DNA of 64,000 nt, taken from NCBI RefSeq assembly GCF_037042905.1, contig NC_087255.1:1674001-1738000 (forward strand), read 5' to 3'. Both the position numbers and the translations under genes were made by a program. The DNA is from Lytechinus pictus (Eukaryota). How positions within the stretch are numbered: the stretch's first letter is position 1; the number at the start of each line of letters is the position of its first letter. The notes under the pieces were generated by a model, which saw only the letters and a list, made by a program, of their open reading frames with translations, searched no databases and had not been told where the DNA came from. This document shows, piece after piece, positions 14,101 to 26,100 of this stretch.

Positions 14101-17100
14101 CAATTCCCTAGATTCATTTCCCAATACGAACATTGATATTGTTTAAAGACAGATTAAATGGTTTTATTGTGTTTATTCAAGCTTACAAGGAATTATGAAT
14201 CAAAGAAGAATCCTTTTGACATTGGTTAAAAAGACTCACTTGTTTATTCACAAATTATGTTAGGAGTCCACTTGGCCAGTGCCAGTTAGCGCCAATCCAA
14301 AGCAGCTGTGGCGCCTAGTGTCGCCTAGTAGCGTGCAGTGGCTCAAAATGCTTCCCAACTGACGCATGGTGGCGCCAAATATTGAATTTGACATGACGAA
14401 AATTTCAAAATATTTTGACATTTTCATCACCAACAGGCGCAGTGGACTCCTAGCTTTAGTTTACCATTGAAGCATTTATCAAATGGTATATATTACAAAA
14501 CAGGTTCAATGATATAGCCAATAGCTCATCTATATGCGAAGATTTAAAAATGAACATGATTTGTTGACGTCAAATGCAAGCAGCTATGCCTCATATGTCA
14601 TGTGGTAGCTATTCATTAAAACCGTTTTCTAAAAAAAAAATGAAAGTGATTTTACCTTAATATCAGAGCTGCCAACATTGGGATGATAGAATCCAGAAGA
14701 TTTCGCGGAGGTATGATTTTGTGAGGGAGCGCGCAGCGAAATGTCCCACGGACAGGAGTTTTGGGTAGCAAAACTCATTAAGAAACAACATTTGATAGTA
14801 TCCGACAGCTGTCTAAACCATCAAAACTTTTGGCACATAGATTAAATGCATGATTAGAGAGATTTCATGAAATGATGAATTGTCTGTCACTGACTAAAAA
14901 AATAAGTTCAAGCCTGATTTCAGGCAATACAGTACTTGAACATAAAATGATTCACAAAAGAATGCATTCAACAAGAAAATACCTTTATTGTCCAGAGGGG
15001 GAAAGGGCTGCAGTAGTGGAAGATGAGCTTGCCTGGCCCTGTAAAGACTTATTATATGTGGCCTGTTTAAAGTCTGAGGGCCGAGGGATTCCTGTGAAAA
15101 TTGCCTTTTTGTAGCAAGCACGCACAGCCAGCCAGCGCCAGGCTAGCTCACTCACGAAAGAGAAAATGTTCGAATCCGATCAACCCAAGTAAAAGTAGGC
15201 CAAAAAAATCTCCACTTTTCTTCTGTTCTTCAGAATTGTCAATAAAATTATTCCTAAAAGTCAGGGTGTAATTATAATAGTAACCCATCGTTGATCCACA
15301 GTTTCAGCTCGAATAAAGCGCACACAAGCTTCCGAAAAATACATTGGACTTCCCTTCTCGCATAGCCTCCTGCCGCGGCGCAGTCTGCCGGAGACCAGGC
15401 AGTGCCGCGCCGGGGCGCGTCGGGGGGCATAGGCATGGAGTGCCGCTAAAGTGTTTCCATCACGCACATGCACATTGCAGAACCAGAAAAAAAAAATTGC
15501 TTGTTAGACTAATTCACCAGTCGTTCGGTAAAATTATCTTCATTTACATTGGAAATCAATGTACGATTATACAAAAACTGGTAAAAGTAACTGGGTAAAA
15601 TGAAAATGTGATAAGGAGTTTCCACGTGGGTGTAAAGGGAGTTGAACATGCTAGACTCGTAAAACAGTCGTTTGTATGAATTTAACAATTTAACAGCAAA
15701 AAATCACAATTATCCGGGAGATTTTGGCATGGGGTCGGGAGAACGGGAGATTGGATCGAAATCCAGTATTCTCCCGCAGGATCCGGGAGACTTGGAAGCT
15801 CTGTAATATTCAATATATTATAAAAAACATTAAAAATTAGATGGAATTCATATCACATGACATATAGAGAAGACGCTTGCATGTGATGTCACAAACCAAA
15901 ACCGCACCACATTTCACTCATTTATGGAAAAAAATGTACCTATTTTCCAAGATTTGGGGTAAAGATCAACCGTTTATTTGCTCATATTCCTGCATTCACA
16001 ACCTTATAATATATGAGTAATCCCTCTTTTCTCTCATACAATAAAACTTACCTTGCACAGCTGATCTGTGTAATCTGGTTCAGTAATCTGTTTGGTTTGT
16101 TCTTTGAGTTTCATGACATTAATCAGAGCTGGCTTGGTAGGAAAGTCCTCTTCTTTACATTTCCTGGAAGTTATAATCATAGTGATATTCATCATCGTTT
16201 AATTCCATTCAATTCAATTTCACTTTATTAGTTTATGATATATAGAAACATTTCTTCCACTGGCTTTGCAAAGGAAATTAACATAAAATTGCACAAATAG
16301 AATGCCAGATAATTTCATTTGAGATTAAATTGGACACTTTTTAGTGGTAAATGAACTGACAGTCTTGATTGATGGGCCCATATTCCGATCTTCAGTTTAA
16401 TCTTAAGTTACTGCTTAAGTATTATAGACAATCAAATGTAACACTTGTCTCAAACAGTAGAGACTCCACTTACCAGCTTATTTGACAATCAAACCTGCCT
16501 ATGAACGATAATCGAGAATCATGGTTTTCTTCGCTATTCAAGCACTAGGAAATGCAAATGTACATTGTAAACAAGATTTAAACATTTTTAGCATCCCACG
16601 ATTTTAGTACACAGTCAGACCATAACCTAAGTTAAACACTTCAGAATACGGGCCATAGAGTTTAAGCTACATGCGGAATTAGAATGTTAGTACTCACCTC
16701 CCTTTTTCAAATCTTCTGAGGATGTGATAGACGGCCATATAGAGAGCCAACATGTCAACCTGAGAGAGTTGCATTTTACCCATTGAACTACTCATATCAA
16801 CAACATCTCGAGATAAACCACACTTATGTTCACCAGACAGCTGGGCCCATAATCCATCTGTCAAACTAACTGCAGTCTGAACCAGATGGAAGTAGGTCGG
16901 CTTCTGAGGGAGAGTATGGACGGATATCGGAAGCAGCAACCCGGCCTCTGGGTTGGATATCCTCTGTCTCCAGATGGCGATGTGGAACTCTTCAACGCAT
17001 TCTGGGCTTTCAAGGTAGTTGGGAGAGAGCACAGGAACGATGCATTTGGATCTTTCCAGGGAATTGACTTTGTTATGTTCATCGCTGGAAACGGCTTTCA

Positions 17101-20100
17101 CTTTCAAAGACGGGGCTTTCATGGCAAGGAGTCTAGCCATGAAGGATACGTACTTCTCATCGTCGCTATGGTAGCTGAAGATAAGATCGCAGTCTGAGGC
17201 AGACATAGGACGTTCATCTTTCTTATCCTCTTTATCGGGTAGAATTTTACTCAGGATAGGCGGGAAAGCTCTCTTGGCTGATATCACACTGTCTTTGCTT
17301 CCAAACTCCTTCTGGAAACTAGTATGGCGAAACTTCTCCATCTCTTCATCAGCAGACAAGGTTGGGATCTGTGATGGATGAGAGATATTCAACAACCATT
17401 GAAAACATACATAACACATATGAATACTAAATGAGCTAATAACAAATCCAGTAAGAAATATTCAAAACAAACAAACATCAAAGTTAACATACATCTCTAG
17501 ACAAACCACATAAATAAATGATATAAATACTATTAAAGCTTAAAGGAACAGGAAACTTTGACAGATGTGCGATGTTGTGAAAATGACTGGTCCAATCAGC
17601 ACTTCATCTAATCACCAGGTCATCTATGACCATTTCATCTCATAACCAGTTGGTCTAATATTTGTTTTATTTTCATTCATTTTGCCCAATTAACACTTAG
17701 TCTAATAAGAACAAATGATATATGGACTAAATTGCTATTGGACCAACTGGTTATTAGACGAAATGGTGAGTGGAAGAAATGGCAACTAGACCATGTGGAT
17801 ATTGGACGAACTGATGGTAGACCAAATGATAGCGGACAAATTGGCATTGGACCAAATGAAAATAAACCATTAAGAGCAGCTTGAAGGTTCCCTCAGGGAA
17901 AGCTGCAACTCTTTGACTTTTGACAAGATGCCTTACTTGGAGTGAAAACTTTCAGTGGAAACACTTACACTCTTATCATCAAACAAGGTCTTGATTGTTT
18001 CTGTCTGGTCCACTCTCTTTCCTTTAAGCCACTGAATGACCGCTGGACACACAGTCTTGACCATATCATCAAAGACATCAGGTGTCCCCTTGACCATTGG
18101 TATATGAGTGAATTCAGTCTGGATGGTGTCTAGGTCTTCAAGGCAGATTGGGATGAGTTGAAGGTGCTGCTTACCCTGAAAATAAATCAAAAATTAAGTT
18201 TAAGTTTATGTCCAAGTTTATTTCAACTCGTAAAAAGAAAAATGAATTACATGAAGTAAAATGCTGTGATACAATATACGATCATTGAATAAGCTTGATA
18301 TAAAAGAGAAGATATCACATAAGTTAATTTAGATTGAGATGAGTTGTCTCAGTCAGAAAAATGTCTAAACAAATACTTAGTTGAAATATAACGTTGCTGC
18401 ATTTGAAAGAAAATTTCCTTTAAATGTTTAGTTTAAACAGTTATTCGTCGGTCATAAAAAAAATCGGTGGAATCTCAATCAGTAAGAGTGCAGTAAAAGA
18501 CTTGGGCCAATCTTACAAAAAATTGATTTTAATCAAAAATCAAACTGCAATTGACTTAAAATTCCTATCTCTAACTTCACAAATTTATATTTTGCTGAAT
18601 CTATTGCAAATCTTTGTATAAGATTGGCCCCTGGGATCTACAGTGGACAATTCACTTTTCTACTCTTAAGAACAGGTAAAATTTTACACACAAATAACAA
18701 AAGTTCATTGTAACTTTTTGAAGGTATTGGAAAATTGCTGATAAAAGCACTCCTTAACTATTCAGCATACATGTACATCCACTGGTTAAAATATAATAAC
18801 ATTCATTTTGATTTATTACCTTTGAATAATGTTTGGCCTGAGCAAGAGCAAACTCCTCTTGACACACAGCTGATTTGAGATAAGGTTTTGATATGAGAGC
18901 TAGCATACATCGAGAGCCATCGATAGAGTGATAGAGGGTACGCTGCCAGGATTTACCTGATTAAAAAAAAACAATTATATGAATCAATGACAAGTATACT
19001 TTCATCGACTTCACTTCATTGACTACAATTTCATCACCATCATTCTATAAAACTTGATTTCAAGGGGAAATGGGGTGCATCATGCATTTCCGGGGTAACA
19101 TGGTATTGGAGCAGGCATGTTATGTCTGTGGGTATGGCCAACAAAAGAGACACATTGAACAATTGGTTTCATCTAAATTCTTACTCTTCTTGCACTCTAC
19201 ATCATTACCTTGACTGCATGCATCGTATTCTGTGCATGAATAAACATCATGATAACTTTAAATAACGCACACAAACATAACAAACCTGCACAAAGACATG
19301 AAACTGAATAAAACTATAAAAGTGACTGAGGAAAAGATAATAGACTGTAGAAAAAATACAGTGCATGGTGTACCGTAAAGCCACTACACTAGACTGGAGA
19401 CAATTACCTGTTTTCAATTCTTGGACATCAAAGAAAAGCTTCAGGTCCGGGGCTAGTTTTTGGAGCAATGCCACAAAGCGATTGGCCTTCTCTGTATCAC
19501 GATGCGAGTATGAGAGGAAGATATCATATCGGAGTGGATCAAACTCGGCTACTCTCAGCTCAGTATGGAAGGTAACAGATAGAGAAACTGAAAGCTGAGT
19601 GCACGCTTCTCCTATCTTTGAAGGATCATGAGGTCTAGAGGAAAAATGAGAAATTTCTTCTACATATCACATTTCTCAAAACTTGGATTTATATCACTCA
19701 TTTGAAAAATTTAATGAGAAATATCACAGTAATGGTATTTACTAGTGATAGAGAGGGGTTAGAACATAAATTGTTTGTTCCAATCCTTTCGTCCACATGT
19801 CACATTTCTAAAAACTTGGAACGTTATCACTCATCTAAAAAATAGTATAATTATGATAATGTATAAAATATATACATAAAATGAACACAAAAATTAACAT
19901 TTCTATTCATTTAAACATGTTCACATATTATATTATTCAATAGAACCTTCATTTTTGTATCCTATTCTTTCTCGACTTTCAGCATGATGTATAGATTTCT
20001 CTATTGAATGTCAACACATGCATTACAATTACCATCACCATATTGAAGGTTTTTTGTTTTTGTGTTCTCATCGATATGCAGGTAATTTGTCATACCTTAT

Positions 20101-23100
20101 AATGTTCATTTTACCTACACATGTATATTGAAGTTTATATCCTACATAAATCAAATAATGTATGCTGATTGCTTTAAATAGCATCATGTGACCAAATATA
20201 TTCTCACTATTTTGTGATGATGTTGAAAATGAAACGCCAACTGAAGAAAAGTTGCTATTCCGTGACGTCAATGATGGAATAGTGCACTATTCCATCATTG
20301 ACGTCACAGATCATTGACACAATATCTCGGGTGCAGGCACAAATGCACATTCCGCTGAGCACACAGCTTCAGGAAAAGTAGTTCAGTCAGCGCACTGGTT
20401 TTGGTTCAGACTTTTTTAAAGATGAACTACGTGTACAAAAACTAGATTATCAAGATCTGTTGTTCTAACTTATTAAACGTAGGATATAAAACAAATATAC
20501 CAGGCCTTTATTTTGAAAGTATAAAGGGAATTATTTATCCTTGGTTGTACTGGCAAAACTATACTATTTTTCTCTCAGGGCTTCGCCCCTCAGAAAAAAT
20601 ATTAATGCCAGTCCAAGCTCAAACAAATAATTCCCGCTATAATTACTCAAAGAATGGTATATTTGTATAATATACTTCATAATATTCCGTATTAAGAATC
20701 TTCCTATAAGATCCGATTGGTCAAATGTTAGTTTCACTTTCACAATCAATCATCACTTTCTGTGATGGAACTTTTTTGTTTCGCTAATCCCTTCAGCCAA
20801 TAGGGTCATAACGCGTTAGATCTTAAAATATTTTGATTACAAGTGAAATATAGAGGTCATTACCCCTTGAGTTTTTCGTTCCATCATTCCAAATTATTCT
20901 TCATCACATCCAGTGACGATCGCACAAGATCTAGATGCGCGCACGCAATGTACATACACACTTTACTTAACGCAAAATAAAAGTTCATTGCCAATACATT
21001 GTTTTGTTGTGATGGTAAAATTCCTTTGTGAGGTCACAATTATCTTACCTGAGCAAAATCTACATGCTTAGCCGCAGTTTAAATGTGAGATAAAGAATAT
21101 TTTCAAAGTGAACCTTGATTTTTTTTTATCAAATTTCCTTTCTTCATTTTATAGTGGTTCCAGATGTGACATATAAAGCATATAACCAACGTTGGTGAAA
21201 GGGATGGACAAATCATCACTTCTTCAGCAAGCTGAATGTACTCGCTATCTTTCCTCAGCTTCGTTTCGGAAAGATGGCTACATCCAGCTTGCCGAGGAAG
21301 TGATAGTTTGCCCATCACCTTCACAAACGGATGAATAGATGGATAGAAAAGGGAATGGTTGATGAAGTACATACCTGCAGTCAACGTACTGAACAAGACC
21401 CATGTATGTTGGCATCATCTCAACCGAGTCTACATAGATAGGGGCAAGCATGTCACGGAGTGCTCTACGATTGCAGCAAAGAGCAATGTTATACTGCTCT
21501 ATACAAGCCTTGTTCTTCAGGTAATTTGGGCTCAACACTGTAAAAAGAAAACAGGAGAAATAAATGTAAGCTCATGTCAATTCCCGGACTTTTGAATAGT
21601 ACACTCAAAAACACAAAATTAGAAATGGTGTGTAAAGAGTATTTGGTGATTGCATATCAATAATCACAGGTATACATATCTTCAAGGTCTAGTCCATGCC
21701 AAGAAAAAATCAATTTGAATAAAAGAGTTAAAAAAAATCCAACAACTTAAAACTGAAAAATCAATCAAAATTGGATGTAAAAAATGCCATCTGTAAGTTT
21801 TGTTTATTGCACAAAACAGTGATATGCATATCACTGGAGGGATTAAAATGTGGTTACAGATGTCACACCTGCACTTTTTCTTTTGGACATATTTTATCAG
21901 ACAAAATATTCAAATACTGTCCTCCGAGACCATTAACATACAATTTGGTTTGATTCATCAAGAAAAAATATAATATCCTTGTCATAATTTATGCATTTAG
22001 TGGAGATCCTCTGTATTATAAAATATCTAAAAGATGCTATAATTATCATCATCAAAATAGAATGTTAACCTACCTGTAACTACCCTTGCACTCTTCATCA
22101 TGATAGTATACATATCTTCTTGAAAGACACTATCTTTATTGATATCCTGCTGTGAACTATCATAGATCCGAACACCTTCCTTTGCTCCAGTCAACTTCTC
22201 TCGGATTACCTTAGCAACCCCTTCATCTTCCTCACTGAATGACAGATAAACATCAAACTCCAACGGCACAGCCTGAAACATCAAGCAAAAAGGGTTCAAA
22301 ATAAATATGTGATATAACAAAATCTCTCATCGCTGATTTGAATTTAATTGATTTTGAAAAAAATTCTTCAGCATCCGTTGTAACAAAAAGTTAACTGAAT
22401 CTTTGAGTATCTTTGTTATGCTCCAAGTTATCATCAAAACTACAATCACAATGCAGAAGTGCTACCACACCTGACTGTCTGGTTTTCATGACATTATCAA
22501 GACCTAGTTAGTTTCCTATGTGAGTGTGAGAAGAATAAAGTAATTGCCTTATAAAAAAATCCAAGTGTACCTCATGTGGAGGAAATAGTCCCATTATGTG
22601 TACACGGCAGGGAAAAAAATTACATGGGGCTCAGGGTAATTTGGTCCCTGAAATGAGCCTCGGAGGGCATTTCATGAAAGTTATCAGCGCTGACTAAATT
22701 GTCAGAGCTGATAATTTCAGTGAAATCCTTGGTTTTGATTGGCTGAGAGGCAATAACCTCTGACTGTTACCATGGTAACTGTCGGAGAAAGACAAGTTGT
22801 CAGTGCTGACAACTTCATGAAACGGTCCCCTGGAGAATCCCCATTCACTGCAATGTTAAAGCATATCTAATGTTGCAATACAAGCAGTAGGTTGTGAAAA
22901 GTGACCACCCCAAAAAAATGTTTGTCTGGTACACGTTTAAAGATTGCTGGTTGCGATGGTGGCGTACCCAAGTGTGTTTTCATTACGCTCTCAGCTTTCC
23001 TCACCAAAATTACCATCCTTAATCTTGAGGCACCATAACAGAGATCTGAGTCATGTTTGATTGTGACATTTGCAGAACAGGAAAGTTGCTGGGATATCCC

Positions 23101-26100
23101 AAAATTGGTGAAACCTTGGACTTGACTTTTGTTAAGATAGGAAAAATGACAATGGCCAGCTAGAAATTAGGTCTTGGCTCGAAGAGAGAGTTTATTTCAT
23201 TTTCTTTGGCTTTATGGCCGCTTTAGAGGCACCATATACAAAAGAAAATATAAAATTCTGTAAACAAACTAATCACATACTCACATTATCATCGAGAAAA
23301 AATGAGGAATTGTACCTTAGGTAAGAGGAGTTGCATCTCATAGCGTTCCTTGAGCTCAGTAAACTTCTTACGGACCTCGCTGAATCTTCTAAGTGAATGG
23401 CTCTGAAGATCACCATCAATCACCTTGGCGTAGAGAACCAGTTTAAGAATCCTGAGAGGTAGTCCTGCTTTCATCCACTTTACAGCAGCTTCAACCATAC
23501 CTTTCATCATGCTGACCTCACCATACCCCTACAGAATGTCAAAACAAATTGAGCTCAAGATTAGTGTGGTAAATTTTGAACAGCACATTTTTACAATCAT
23601 CCAGTCAAAGAATATGTAGTAGTCTAAAGCTGTGCCTCCAAGTAGATGATGCAACAGGTTCACCAAAACATTATGGATTAGTGCTAAAAAATAAATCCAG
23701 ACAAAGATTTCTTAACCTTTCTCATCACATAGTTATTAACCCACATCATAGCATAATCCATTTATTTTTGTCAGACAGTGCATCGCAAGGGTCTATAAAA
23801 AAACGTGTTCCAAACAATATTACTGAAACAACTGATCTTCTGATCCTAAGCACTGTTTGAAGACATTGAAATTTGTGAGATATTTCCTATTTTTGAGCAA
23901 GCGCCATGAGCGCCCAGCTGAGGCGGATACCGGCGCTATACAAGAACCCATCATCATCATCATCATCATCTTCTGTATGAAGCAATGAGAATTTTACCTT
24001 ACTAAACAGCATGATCATAAACATTAGGATTATTGAATGGATGCTCAGATAATTACAAAGCATTTTTATGGGCCACCCTACAAATAACAGTCTACTTATT
24101 ACAGCCATTCATAAACCTGTGACCAAAGATAATGTCATAATCAATATGCAGTTTTATAGGTCACCCAGTTAGCCAACATGCTTCATAGCATTTTTTAGTC
24201 ACCATGTACATTGTATACTCTCATGATCTCCAGTACGGAACAACCTTTATATACATGTATATACTTAAGAATAACTCAATGCTTCATATTAATCTATTTA
24301 ATGGACCACCTTAAATAGTTGTATGGACCATCCTGTATATAAGCATACTCAGTAATTTACATTAATATTTCATGGGCCACCTTGTAAATTGTCACTCTCT
24401 TGTACATGTACATGTATACAGTATCAAGTATTTTTATGGACCACCCTGTATAATAGCATAATCAATACTTCTTATTAATCTACATGTATTTATTGGGCCA
24501 CCTTGTAAAGGCCTGGTCCCACTGGTCGACGGACACAAAACATACTCATAACGGATACAGAGGACAAGCAAAATTTTGGGGTGACTTCATCCGTTTTCAT
24601 CCACTCCAGACGATGGACATAATGGGTGCTGAAATCACAGATGATAGATGCTCGATGGATATATAGAACATATAAAACACGTATGCAAAGAGTACACAAC
24701 AGATACATAACGTTTTCCAAAGGATGGCAAGACTCTTTTCCATTTTTCATCCTCTCTGCATCCATAAGCCATAAGCCTTAATTTTCACTCTCTTGTACAT
24801 AGTATATATCAAGTAATTTTATGGACCACCCTGTAGCATACTCAATACTTCATATTTATCTATTTTATTGACACACTGTAAAGGCCTGTATACTAACCTG
24901 ATCGCCAGTATTAAGCAGAGGAGTGATAACGCTACCATCTTCATTATTGAGAATAGGAACCAGGCAACGAAACACATTAGCTACCAACTCTTGAGGGCGC
25001 CCTGCTGCTCCAAAGCTAGGGAGAATAATGATTACATTGTTGTAAAAATCATCATGAATCAAGAAAATTAGAGAAAATATCTTACATATCTTTAGATTAT
25101 CTCAAGATTTATTTTCAGTCATATAAGATATACGACCAGCAAGTATAATTTTTTTAATCCTGCTGTGTTATCTGACAACTCAAATTTTCATTTTGTTTGA
25201 AAAAACAGTTCATAACTCATGAAAGATGCAGGTATCGTATTCTCAGTTTACAGTCTACAAAAGATAGCTTGATATATTTTACAATGATTTTTATATTTTT
25301 TTTCATGATAATGAATAACTTCATTACAATGACCAACTGATTTGTAAGTTGAATAGTCTCAGTGTCACAATAATTATCATATGCAGTAGTCAGTGTTTTG
25401 CACAAGTATGAAGGGTCGTCACTGTTACTGAAACCACGCAGGGCCTCCAATGATATCACATATCACTATCCCTGGATGAGCCCAGCTAGCCTACTTTTCT
25501 TTGTGTCCTATATACTAAAGTCAATTTCTTGAATATGACAAATGAATGACACAGTTGACACTGAAATGGCAATGCCCTGACATACACTACACGTACTTCA
25601 CTACAGCTGTTGTTCAAATTTGCCAAAGTGTTCACATGCAACGATCATGCCCAATTGTCACATATTATGGGTATTATTAACCTGTTGACTACTGAAATCT
25701 TTAATTCCCATAGACTCTGTTCATCGACCATCCCGTTCAAGGAGGTAACAGGTTAATAGATCAAGTGTTTATCTTTTTATAGGCACGTATCAATTTGATA
25801 TTAGACTGACCTTTATTGTCACCTAAAAAAAAAAATTTGAAAGACTAATGAAGATAAAATGCCTTTCTCAGGGGCACTGTAAGAGTGCCATGTCTGGTTT
25901 CCAGACCCAAACTTTAATGAAGTCAGGGGTCTTCAATAGACCACTTGACCAGGGCACTTTATATTCTGTGCTTTGTAAAATGAAGTATTTGTTTAGTATT
26001 AGTACATGTACAACCCTGTACAAATACAAATAACCAAAGCATTCAATTACAGTTTAGTTACAAGAATGATTTCCCCATGTACCTACATGTAATATATCAA

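Noticed and set aside
17937-17968. Longer exon 9 using the donor gtaagg at 17936
   Set aside because: It gives phase 2, which is incompatible with the phase-0 acceptor of exon 10. The gtaagt donor at 17968 fits.
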